Origin: a virus
Lineage: Duplodnaviria; Caudoviricetes
IMG/VR virus record: IMGVR_UViG_3300038479_000056
Coordinates: 1-54,380 of that record
Direction: 5' to 3' (one strand)
Length of the DNA stretch: 54,380 bases
In this document: piece by piece, positions 37,812 to 46,848 of the stretch
Layout of the letters: each line of letters opens with the position of its first letter
Position numbering within the stretch: position 1 is the stretch's first letter
Program-made: the position numbers and the translations under genes
The notes under the pieces: model-generated
What the model was told of the DNA's origin: nothing
What the model saw: only the letters and a program-made list of their open reading frames with translations
Database searches by the model: none

Positions 37812-40800
37812 TTATTTCCTTTTGAGGGACAGGTAATTGTCCCGGATTTTGTGTCGTTCCGCCACCGCCGCCTCATAGACCTTCAACTGTGCGTGGTCGA
37901 GGCTGTCCATGAACTTGCGTTCATTGGCTTTGCTGCCCGTGAACCTGGGCGGGGACGGGTGACCTTCGCGGTCAAGTGGGTTCAACACCTTGTCAACTTC
38001 CTTTTTGGTCCGGGTCAGGCGCAACTTATCGTAGGCGGCCTGGGCCTTCTTGAGGTCTGCGCCTCCAAGGGCGTCCCGGAGCGGGTTATACACGGACGGG
38101 GCAAACGTGGATTGCAATTCCCGTTCGTATTCTTCCTTGATTTTCGGATCATCACTCTTGCTGGCCCAAGTCTTGGCCATGTCCCGCGCCTGCATGGCCG
38201 CCGTCTTGGCCGGTTCGGTCTTGAATCCGAGCGAGCTTGTGATCTGACGTTGCACCGCGCCCGGTTTAGGCGGGTCAATTAAGCCGGGCGCAATTTTGCT
38301 GCCGATAGCCCTGGACCCCTGGCTGACTGAGATTGGGACCGGCACAAGTTGAGTGGCGGCTTTGACGGCGCGCGCCGCCGTGCCCACCAGCTTTTGGTTC
38401 GTCACCGGGTCTTTGCCGGTGCCCATCACCATCATGGCCCGGCCAAGGTTGCCCAGTTTGTTCTCCGCAATCTGAGTGGCGGCATCGGCCACGGACGGTT
38501 TTTCGCGGCTATACCGCAATACGTCATGCGTGATCTCCGCAAAAACCGACAGCGGCGAAATAAAGAAGCCCGGCGGTTTACCGGTAATATCCGGTATCCA
38601 GGCGTCCAGTTTGTGACCTTCCTCCTTGTTTTGGAAAGTCAACTGGTGGCGGGTGGCCAGGTTCAAAAGTTGTGTGCCAATGAAGTAAGCGGCCAGCCCC
38701 GTGCCCACACTTTTGCCCGCCGTGCCGATGTTGAATCCCTTTCCCGTCGCGGCGCCATAAGCGGCCTGCCCGATTTGTTTGGCCCCGCGCATTTCGCCCC
38801 GCGCCAATCCTTCCACCCATTGCGGAGCCAGAAAGAGAATCTGATTAACCGAACGCACAGACGGATTCTTGAAGATGGACTCCTTTTGCAGATTGCCAAA
38901 CAGCACGTTCAAGTCACTGGCCACTTTCCGGGCCACGGCGGTTCGGTCCAGGTCCGGGTTTGCTTTGGCCACGCGCTCAAATTCGACCAGATACGATTGT
39001 GTTATCGCGCTGCGCGTCATTTTGTCGAACACCCACTTTTGCACCGCGCCCGTCACCGGGAAATCCTGCAACCATTGGCGATAGATCACGTCCGCCACCC
39101 GGCCGGCGTTCAAGCCGTTCTTGACCCCGAATTTGACCGTGACAATCCGGCTCTCGGTCAATGGCCGGCCCTGGACCTCAATCGTGCGCGGTCGCGCCGC
39201 CCAATCGGCCATGTCCTGCGTAATGACGCCGTTCTGGACGGCCTGCGGCAGATCGCGCGTTTGATACTCCACCAAAGCCAGACCACGCTTGAGCGTGTCG
39301 CCCAGGATGGCTTGGTGCGTGATGGTAGCCGCCCGTTGGAGCGTGCGGCTGACATGGAAGGTGTCCAGGGCCAGCCCGATATGTTTCTCCACGGCGGCAA
39401 GGTCTTGCAGGGTGCCGACCACCGCCGATTCCGCTATCTGACTGGAAGCGGTCAGGGCATTGACCAGCCGATGGTAGCCGGAGTGCATGGCCACAGCCAT
39501 GCCCGGCATGATCTCCATGCGGTTGTAGCCAATCGGGACGCGCTCTTGCATGTCAGTTGTGCCATCGGGCCGTTGCACCTTGATTTTGGGTATATCCGTC
39601 ACCAACGGCTTGCCGTCCGCCGCGTCTTTCATGGCCCGCATCTGATCGAAAAACGCTTTGCGCTGGACGATCTTCTCACCCTGATACACTCGGTTCTCCA
39701 CCAAATCGGCAATGTTCAGCGTGCGCGGCACAAACTTGGCTTGGATGGCACTGGAATAATCATCAAATGACTTGCCTTTCTGGAATTGCGTCGAGACGCC
39801 GCCGCCCTTGGAATGGCCCAACACAACCGGCCCGGTCGAGGACGTGAGCAAATCAATGTCATGCCGCTGCGGGACGTACCAATCCTCGTAAGCCACATTG
39901 ACCCCGGCCCGAACATCGCGCTTGTATTGCGAATCCAACTGGTTCTTGGCCCGTTCCGCCAGCGGTTGCAACTCGGCAAAATGGGCAATGGCATACTTCA
40001 CCGACTGCGCGGCTTTAATGGCGGCATTGGCCTCGATTTGTTGCTTCTGGTTTCTGAACTGTTGCGCGGCGGTCTGCAAATCGGTCAGTTGCGCTTCGAG
40101 GTAAGCGCGTGGATCGCCCGGATAATACCGCGCGCCGCCGGGTTTGGGGACAAGCGGGGCGGGACCGCTCATCTTCATGGCCTGCATGACAAAGGTGGTC
40201 GCGTTCAACTGCTGTTCAGTGCCCCGCAGCCGGAGCGAGTTACCCGCCGCCTGACCAGTCATGCGCGGGATGTTATCGGCGGCATTGGCCAGTTTGGGCA
40301 AGTCAACCTTGATGGCGTGCCGGGAAAAGATTTGAGCGATGCCCCGGCCAAAATTGGTTGTGGCCCGCTGAATCCGGGCCAGCGTTTCGTTGCCGGGCTT
40401 CAAGCCAAGAGCTTCCTGGTCAACGCCAATGTCATGCGGACGGGCCGCACCGGGGCCGGTGGGCAACGGAGGTTCACCCGCGCTCATGGTGGAGCCGGGC
40501 GCAAGACCGGATTGCGGCTGGACAGGTTTTGGCTGACTGGGATTGGCCTCCGGTGCGGGAGCGGGTGCAGCCAATTCCTTTGATGGAGTGACAGGCGAAG
40601 TCTTAGCTTCTTTTGCCGTCAACTTTCCAACCGAATCTTCCAATGCCGACGCATATTTTTCATCTGTCCAGTTGAGTTTGTGCGCATTCAGTCGCAATCC
40701 ATTCAGAAATGACGAGTCTAGTCCACTCAGCGAAAACAATGCTGACTCAGCCTCTTGGATTCTATTATCAAGCGGCGTCATCTTTTTGGCGCGACGTGGG

Positions 40801-42284
40801 GCTTCCACCGAAATTGTTCCAATCGACGGACGTTCCTCCTTCCCCGTCCCAGCCTTCACAGCGGGCGGGGCTTCGGCGAGCTTGGCCTCCGGCGCGGGCG
40901 CGGCGGCAGGAGCGGCAATCTTTGGTTGCGTTCCGCCGTGCCGATTCTCCAAGACATAGATTTCCCTGCTGAGTCTCTCAAACTCTTGACCGGCGGCCTT
41001 GTCGCCGCTCAACCATCCCTGCTGGTATTTCAATTTTTCTTTGGTCAAGGCATTGCGTTTGTCGATTTCTTCTTGTGTCCAGCCTGATTGATCTCTGTCG
41101 TGCTTCGCTTTCCTCTCTAAAAGCAGCTGTTCTTCTTCTTCACGAGTCTGCCCAAGCGAATTGCGCGGTTCAGCAGAGGCGGGCGGTACAGACGCTGGAG
41201 GTTTGGCTGCGGGCGCAGGCGCGGCCTCGACCGGCTTTGAGGGTGTGACAGGCGCGTCCGAGGTTGTCACATTTTCGGGCTTGACCTCGACCGGCCCCGG
41301 AACGGCCCGTGGTGGAGCTATGGCGGCCACCGGCAAGGCTTCTGACCGGGGCGGGGCCAAGGCTGGCACTTGCGCCGTGGTCTCTGCTGGCACGGTGCCG
41401 GGCGCGGGTGGCGGGGCAATAGGCCGTGGCTGTGGCGGGGCTGGCGGCGACTCCGGGGCCGCGACGGGCGTAATGTCCTTCACCGGTGGTTTGGGCACTG
41501 TCTCCGCGGTGAACGGCACGGGTTGTGCCCGTTTCATCGTTTCCAGATTCGGTTCCGTCTTGGGCTTCAACACCTGCTCCATCTTGGCTTTGGCCGCCTG
41601 AATCTTTTCCGACGCGGCTCCCGTGGGCGCACTCAGGATGGCCAATGTGTCCACAATCGCGCTACCAACGTCCCCTGTCACCGCCGCGGCCATTTCGCCG
41701 GGTTGCCTTTGGGCTTTGGGTGTTCCAGCCACCGTGCCGGTCGCCGTGCCCAAATGCCGGATGTTCGCCGCTCCCGCAATTGGTATGGCCAGCCTGCTAA
41801 TGGCTCGGCCCGCCAATCCAGACTCGCCCAAAATCGGCCCAAGGACGCCTGCGCCGGTCAGAACAGGAGCGGCAACCTTCCCCACCGCTTCCGACACGCG
41901 CTCTGCCCCTTGCAGCCACGGCGAGATGCCTTTCATGTCTTTGGCATCAAGCTGAGGACGGATGGCTTCAAGGGACATTACATCACCCGCACTGCCAACC
42001 ATTCTACCACCAACGTCTTTGAGCGTTTCGCCAAAACCTGAAAGAGTTGGAAGTCTTTTGGGCGGGACAGCGCCAGCCGATTCTTGTTGGATTCTGGACT
42101 GGCCGAAAGGATCGTAGGGAGTTTTGACGCCGCCAAGCCTCGATATTTGCGCCGGAGTCAGCCCTTCCGGCGGCGGTGGAACAGGCGCGGCTTTGGGCGC
42201 CGGTGTGGCCACCACAGCGTCACCCCAATCATTTGTCGCTAGTTCGGCCACCGCAACATCGCCCCAATCGTTCGTGCTCGGCAT
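37812..42284 (-). CDS. Large putative internal virion/ejection protein
   Basis: 1490 aa; repeated NDWGD at the N-terminus; Pro/Ala-rich then helical; last of three ejection-like genes. Confidence 0.6.
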   Translation of the reverse strand: MPSTNDWGDVAVAELATNDWGDAVVATPAPKAAPVPPPPEGLTPAQISRLGGVKTPYDPFGQSRIQQESAGAVPPKRLPTLSGFGETLKDVGGRMVGSAGDVMSLEAIRPQLDAKDMKGISPWLQGAERVSEAVGKVAAPVLTGAGVLGPILGESGLAGRAISRLAIPIAGAANIRHLGTATGTVAGTPKAQRQPGEMAAAVTGDVGSAIVDTLAILSAPTGAASEKIQAAKAKMEQVLKPKTEPNLETMKRAQPVPFTAETVPKPPVKDITPVAAPESPPAPPQPRPIAPPPAPGTVPAETTAQVPALAPPRSEALPVAAIAPPRAVPGPVEVKPENVTTSDAPVTPSKPVEAAPAPAAKPPASVPPASAEPRNSLGQTREEEEQLLLERKAKHDRDQSGWTQEEIDKRNALTKEKLKYQQGWLSGDKAAGQEFERLSREIYVLENRHGGTQPKIAAPAAAPAPEAKLAEAPPAVKAGTGKEERPSIGTISVEAPRRAKKMTPLDNRIQEAESALFSLSGLDSSFLNGLRLNAHKLNWTDEKYASALEDSVGKLTAKEAKTSPVTPSKELAAPAPAPEANPSQPKPVQPQSGLAPGSTMSAGEPPLPTGPGAARPHDIGVDQEALGLKPGNETLARIQRATTNFGRGIAQIFSRHAIKVDLPKLANAADNIPRMTGQAAGNSLRLRGTEQQLNATTFVMQAMKMSGPAPLVPKPGGARYYPGDPRAYLEAQLTDLQTAAQQFRNQKQQIEANAAIKAAQSVKYAIAHFAELQPLAERAKNQLDSQYKRDVRAGVNVAYEDWYVPQRHDIDLLTSSTGPVVLGHSKGGGVSTQFQKGKSFDDYSSAIQAKFVPRTLNIADLVENRVYQGEKIVQRKAFFDQMRAMKDAADGKPLVTDIPKIKVQRPDGTTDMQERVPIGYNRMEIMPGMAVAMHSGYHRLVNALTASSQIAESAVVGTLQDLAAVEKHIGLALDTFHVSRTLQRAATITHQAILGDTLKRGLALVEYQTRDLPQAVQNGVITQDMADWAARPRTIEVQGRPLTESRIVTVKFGVKNGLNAGRVADVIYRQWLQDFPVTGAVQKWVFDKMTRSAITQSYLVEFERVAKANPDLDRTAVARKVASDLNVLFGNLQKESIFKNPSVRSVNQILFLAPQWVEGLARGEMRGAKQIGQAAYGAATGKGFNIGTAGKSVGTGLAAYFIGTQLLNLATRHQLTFQNKEEGHKLDAWIPDITGKPPGFFISPLSVFAEITHDVLRYSREKPSVADAATQIAENKLGNLGRAMMVMGTGKDPVTNQKLVGTAARAVKAATQLVPVPISVSQGSRAIGSKIAPGLIDPPKPGAVQRQITSSLGFKTEPAKTAAMQARDMAKTWASKSDDPKIKEEYERELQSTFAPSVYNPLRDALGGADLKKAQAAYDKLRLTRTKKEVDKVLNPLDREGHPSPPRFTGSKANERKFMDSLDHAQLKVYEAAVAERHKIRDNYLSLKRK

Positions 42285-43147
42285 TATTCGCCTTTGGTGT
42301 AAGTCTGGCCGTCCGGCCCGATATACTGCGTGCCCGGTTCGAGCGCGTCCCGTTCTTCCTTGCTCTTAACTTGAGGATGGTTCGGGTTAGCCCCCGGCGC
42401 GACGGCGGGCGCAGCCGGATTGGACAACGCCTCGATTTCATCATCAACACCCTTTAACTGGGCCAAACCTTCTTTGACAACTTCTTGCTGGTCAGCACTT
42501 TGCGGAGTTCGCTCTTCAAATTCCCCCGCCAATTCTTTGCGCTTGTCCAGTAAGGTTTTCAGCCTTCGTTTCGTGCCCGCCTCAGTTTCCCGAAACGATT
42601 CCTTCTTCGCGTTAGCCTGGTCTATTCGGCCCTGCCGTTCTTCTTCTCGCGTTGTGTGCGCTTCCTCGAATGTTTGATGCGGTGTCAGAGACGGCGGGGC
42701 CAGCAACTTTGTCGTCTCGGCCCGCGTGTGGGCCAGTTGCGCCTTCTGCAAGTCTGTCGGTTGCGCGGGCGGCTGTTGCAACTGCATCGCCTCGCTCATG
42801 CCCGTGCTGCTCTTGAACAGCAACGGCGCCCACTTCGTAAAGGCCGTGGCCGCCGACATCCCGCCCTGCAAATCGGTTTGGTAGCCGCGTTGTGCCATCC
42901 ATTGTTCGCTGGCCGCAATCGCTTTGAGGGCCTTCTCGACACCCACCTGTTGCATGGTCTGCTGATAAGCGTCGCCCATGTCGGGCAGAGTCGCCCCGCC
43001 GTAATTTATGGGCACGGGTGGCGGCGCAGGTGGTGCCGGCGGCGGCGCGATGACGGTTGTGCCCGAGGGCGGCGCGATGCCGGCCCCGGCCCCGGTCGCA
43101 AGCTGGCCCATGTCGGGAGACGGCGCCAATGAAGGGAAATCGGCCAT
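42284..43147 (-). CDS. Putative ejection protein
   Basis: Gln-rich; C-terminal LEPGTQYIGPDGQTYTK. Confidence 0.55.
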   Translation of the reverse strand: MADFPSLAPSPDMGQLATGAGAGIAPPSGTTVIAPPPAPPAPPPVPINYGGATLPDMGDAYQQTMQQVGVEKALKAIAASEQWMAQRGYQTDLQGGMSAATAFTKWAPLLFKSSTGMSEAMQLQQPPAQPTDLQKAQLAHTRAETTKLLAPPSLTPHQTFEEAHTTREEERQGRIDQANAKKESFRETEAGTKRRLKTLLDKRKELAGEFEERTPQSADQQEVVKEGLAQLKGVDDEIEALSNPAAPAVAPGANPNHPQVKSKEERDALEPGTQYIGPDGQTYTKGE

Positions 43148-43150
43148 AAC

Positions 43151-44125
43151 TCACAGTCCGCCGTACTGATTATACTGATCCTGCAAATCTTGCTGATCCT
43201 GCTCTTGTTGCATTTGATCCGTTACTGACGTTGGCCCCGTGCCAAGGGGATTATACAAATTTGACGGGTCCTGCGCTTGTGCTTGTGTGCCGACGTATTG
43301 TCCACTCTGGTCAACCGGAGAGTTTATTCCATAACCCTGTGGCACGCCTGGATTCGGGCCTGAAATCCAGTTTCCTTGCACGTCATAATAACCCGAAGCA
43401 TTCGGATCAGCCGGTGTCGGTGCCACCGGAGTTGGCGCCGCCGGAGTCGGTGCCGCCGGAGTCGGATTATAGAGCGTGGACGGCTGTGTGGCCGTTCCCG
43501 TCACCCCGCCCGGATTGGTGGGATTGATGAACAGGTTCGGGATGTTGCCTTGATTCCCAGTGGGCTGAACTTGAGGCTGGGCCGGGTTGGGCAGGTAATT
43601 GATCGGATTGATGGGAGTTGGATTGCCGACCGGAGCTATCCCCACTGGCGCCACCGGATTCGCCACCCGATTTGAGCTAATGGCCGCATTCAAGGCACTT
43701 TCGCCTTGACTGACTTGACTCAAACTGGTCAAACCTAGGGCTTGCATCAAGCTGGCCGTAGAATTCTGACCGCCCGGACTGCCCGTGGCCACGCCCCGCT
43801 GCGCCGCTTCCTGATCGAGCAAAGTCACCACGTCAGGCGGTAATTGGCCTTGAAGCGCACTGCTAATATCGGTGCTGGCTTGCGTTTGCAAACCGGCCTG
43901 GCCCGGAAGCGGTTGCGCCAGATTGGCTGCGGTCTGTCCCCCCAACGCCGCGGCATTGGCCGCTCCCTGCGCCGCCAAAGCCGTTTGGTCGGCTCCCGCC
44001 ATGCTGGTGTTCTGCTGCGTATTCAACAGCGTCCCAAAAGTGGTCAGTGGATTCGGCTCGTACGGAGAAGAGAGTACATTACCTTGAATGTCCGTGTAAG
44101 TTCCGGCGTTGAGTGCGGCTGACAT
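43151..44125 (-). CDS. Putative ejection/pilot protein
   Basis: Q/N/P/A-rich low complexity; AAQRG..G motif. Confidence 0.5.
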   Translation of the reverse strand: MSAALNAGTYTDIQGNVLSSPYEPNPLTTFGTLLNTQQNTSMAGADQTALAAQGAANAAALGGQTAANLAQPLPGQAGLQTQASTDISSALQGQLPPDVVTLLDQEAAQRGVATGSPGGQNSTASLMQALGLTSLSQVSQGESALNAAISSNRVANPVAPVGIAPVGNPTPINPINYLPNPAQPQVQPTGNQGNIPNLFINPTNPGGVTGTATQPSTLYNPTPAAPTPAAPTPVAPTPADPNASGYYDVQGNWISGPNPGVPQGYGINSPVDQSGQYVGTQAQAQDPSNLYNPLGTGPTSVTDQMQQEQDQQDLQDQYNQYGGL

Positions 44126-44130
44126 AAAAT

Positions 44131-45177
44131 TTATTGAAACTGTCTTTCTAATGGGGCTGACCCGAACACACTCACGCTGATGGCCGGCCTTTCTCGTCCC
44201 ATAGCATGGTCGAGTTGACCGAATAAAAGCGCGATAGCTTTAGCGTGCTTTTGCGCCGCAAGCGCGGCTGATTTTGTGTTTTCCTGCGATTCCAAACGAA
44301 TCGCTTGCACTTCCTCAATGAGCGCGGGGATGTTTCCGATCAATAAATAATCTGAATCTGAACTTACTGGTGTGAACTCCAATTTGCACTGCGCCGTCAC
44401 CCGAATCGTGCCGTGCCCGGCTTGGCAATGCCGATCCAAGCCACCAACCAGGTATTGCCGGTAGGCCGCGCTGGTCTCGCTCGGTTCCATGAAGCTCAAC
44501 GGCGCGCTGGTCAGCGCCAGCGGATCCATTTGCATGATCGTTACCGGCCCGTAGGTGCCATCCTTTTCTATCCCGGTGATCTCGCTGAACTGGTTCAGGC
44601 TCAGAATGAAGGGCTGGGCCAAAATCAGGCTCTCCCCGGAAATGGTCCGGTTCGTCACCGGGTCGGTGCCGAGAATCACATTCCCGTTCTGATCTCGGCC
44701 TTGAACGATGATGGTCCTGCCCACGTCACGGGCATCGGTCGGGAACACCTGGATTTGCTGCGGAGTCCGGGCCAGCCGGCCAAGGGTCGGGACATAATCG
44801 CGGTCGTAGGCTTGCAACACGCCGCCATGCCTGTGCTCGTGGTGGTCTTGCAAACCACGCCCAAAATCAAGAAACTCGAAAAATCCATTTTGAATTGGCG
44901 TTGGATGATTGCTGACATCCATCACGATTGCGCGCGCCACACCGCGCGGGCAAGTCAAATAGGGCTTTTCTCGTGAGACGTTAAATCGAAATTTCGCCCA
45001 TGCTCCCCACCAACCTTCTTCCGGCGCCATTGGATCGTAAAGCAGTCTTTCCGTGGCCGCGTTCAAGATAGCCGCTTGGGCAGGGATGTCCGCGTTGCAG
45101 AGGCCGATCAGATTGCCGACACTTTCGGCGTAACCCGCCAGCCGGGTTCTGAAATCTCTGAAACAAACTCTATTCAT
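44131..45177 (-). CDS. Putative tail tubular A / head-tail adaptor
   Basis: ILNAATERLL..WWG N-terminus, helical C-terminus; precedes ejection genes. Confidence 0.5.
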   Translation of the reverse strand: MNRVCFRDFRTRLAGYAESVGNLIGLCNADIPAQAAILNAATERLLYDPMAPEEGWWGAWAKFRFNVSREKPYLTCPRGVARAIVMDVSNHPTPIQNGFFEFLDFGRGLQDHHEHRHGGVLQAYDRDYVPTLGRLARTPQQIQVFPTDARDVGRTIIVQGRDQNGNVILGTDPVTNRTISGESLILAQPFILSLNQFSEITGIEKDGTYGPVTIMQMDPLALTSAPLSFMEPSETSAAYRQYLVGGLDRHCQAGHGTIRVTAQCKLEFTPVSSDSDYLLIGNIPALIEEVQAIRLESQENTKSAALAAQKHAKAIALLFGQLDHAMGRERPAISVSVFGSAPLERQFQ

Positions 45178-45226
45178 TTCTTGACTATTCCCTACGCCTT
45201 TTGGCAGGATTAGCAACAAGAAAGAT

Positions 45227-45255
45227 GCGCCGCCGGGCCTGTAACCCAGCGGCGC
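45227..45255 (-). terminator. Terminator-like hairpin
   Basis: GCGCCGCTGGG..CCCGGCGGCGC followed by ATCTTTCTT on the minus strand. Confidence 0.55.
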
Positions 45256-45278
45256 GAAACTAACTATGAGCTTCGAGC

Positions 45279-46526
45279 TTACGCCCGAGTACTTGGCCAG
45301 TCAACAAATAACGGCAGGGAATCCCGCCATTGATGGTGGGAGGAATTGCCGCCCTTGACAAACTGTGTTTTATTTTCTGTATTTGAATAATGACAGTGAC
45401 GGTCCAATTGAAACTGATGCCCGATGCGGCGACCGCCGCATCGATGGAGGCCACTTTGCGGGCGTGCAACGGGGCGGCTGACTGGCTTTCGGAGCGCGCC
45501 TGGGGCAACCGGAAATTCGGGCAGTTCGCTTTGCAATCCGCTTTCTACAAGGACATTCGGGCAATGTTTAACATCGGGGCGCAGGCATCCTGCTTGATCT
45601 GCGCTAAAGTGGCCGATGCCTACAAACTCGACACCGAAACGCAGCGGACCTTCCGACCTTTGGGCAGCATCGCCTACGATGTCCGTAATTTGAAAATTCA
45701 CATTGAGAAGCGCGTGGCCTCGATCTGGACCATTGACGCTCGGTGCAAGGTTCCATTTCAGTGCGGCGATTACCAGGTTGATCTGCTCCGCAAAGGTCTG
45801 ATAAAGCAATCCGACCTCGTGCGCCGCCGGGATGGCCGATGGTTCCTGATGGTTTCTGTGACGCTTCCAGACACCGAGGAGTTGAAAGTGACCGACATTT
45901 TGGGCGTGGACCTGGGCATCGCTGTCATAGCCGCCGATTCGGACGGCAACAAATACTCCGGCTCCAAGTTGAATAAAATCCGGCACAGGAACAAATCGTT
46001 GCGCCGGAAGTTGCAGCGCAAAGGGACCAAGTCGGCCAAGCGGCTGTTGAAAAAGAGGAGCGCAAAAGAGGCTCGCTTCGCCCGTGACTGCAATCATGTT
46101 ATTTCCAAGAAGCTCGTATCGCTGGCTAAACGCACCAACCGCGCCATTGCACTCGAAGAACTCGACGGCATTGGCCGGAGGATAAGGGTTAGAAAAAGTC
46201 AGCGATACGGGTTGCATAGCTGGGCTTTCGCGCAACTGGGCCAGTTCACCCGTTACAAGGCCGCGATAGCAGGAGTGCCGGTGATCTTCATTGACCCGCA
46301 CTATACATCCCAGCGATGCAGCCAATGCGGCCACACCTCCAGAGCCAACCGCAAAACGCGGTCGGAATTTCTCTGCCAGAAGTGCGGCCATGCGTCCCAT
46401 GCGGACACAAACGGTTCGCTGAACATTAGGGCCTTGGGCCTGGACGTTCTGCGAACGGGCGCTTTCATACGCCCATACGCGGAGGCCACTACCTATGCCA
46501 ACTGACATGGGCTTATCCATCTGCAA
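45279..46526 (-). other. Full-length antisense ORF across element 3
   Basis: 415 codons, codon-aligned; stops shortly before the terminator; translation unproven. Confidence 0.35.
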
Positions 46527-46551
46527 TCCCGCCGTTCACGGTGGGTCTATG
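45305..46551 (+). mobile_element. IS200/IS605-family non-autonomous tnpB element 3 (ends approximate)
   Basis: Matching subterminal hairpins ATCCCGCCATTGATGGTGGG (left) and ATCCCGCCGTTCACGGTGGG (right); TTGACA at 45355. Confidence 0.75.
45390..46505 (+). CDS. tnpB: RNA-guided endonuclease TnpB
   Basis: TVQLKL; GVDLG / ALEEL / HADTNG; CSQC..CQKC. Confidence 0.95.
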   Translation: MTVTVQLKLMPDAATAASMEATLRACNGAADWLSERAWGNRKFGQFALQSAFYKDIRAMFNIGAQASCLICAKVADAYKLDTETQRTFRPLGSIAYDVRNLKIHIEKRVASIWTIDARCKVPFQCGDYQVDLLRKGLIKQSDLVRRRDGRWFLMVSVTLPDTEELKVTDILGVDLGIAVIAADSDGNKYSGSKLNKIRHRNKSLRRKLQRKGTKSAKRLLKKRSAKEARFARDCNHVISKKLVSLAKRTNRAIALEELDGIGRRIRVRKSQRYGLHSWAFAQLGQFTRYKAAIAGVPVIFIDPHYTSQRCSQCGHTSRANRKTRSEFLCQKCGHASHADTNGSLNIRALGLDVLRTGAFIRPYAEATTYAN

Positions 46552-46581
46552 AAAACGAGGCTATCCCACCAAAACGAGGCT

Positions 46582-46848
46582 CTAGGATGGCTCAGGCCGT
46601 ATCTGGAGTGCCTGGGTAAGTGTCTCGTAAGCCATTCCTACCCTGCCCTGTTCCAGTTCCGACACCGCCTCGATGATGGCCCCGCGCAGCCTGTCCTCGG
46701 TTGTAATCCTGACCAGCGGCAGGCCCGCCGCAGCCAGATTTTCGTTCAGGCCGATGGTGGCCGCGAACCGTGGCCGGTCCTCTCGCGCGTCTTCCTGGTC
46801 CTGGGCCAGCACCGCCGCATCTAATTCCTCCCATTCTTTGGTGTTCAT
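46582..46848 (-). CDS. Hypothetical protein
   Basis: ATGA-coupled to the helicase. Confidence 0.6.
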   Translation of the reverse strand: MNTKEWEELDAAVLAQDQEDAREDRPRFAATIGLNENLAAAGLPLVRITTEDRLRGAIIEAVSELEQGRVGMAYETLTQALQIRPEPS

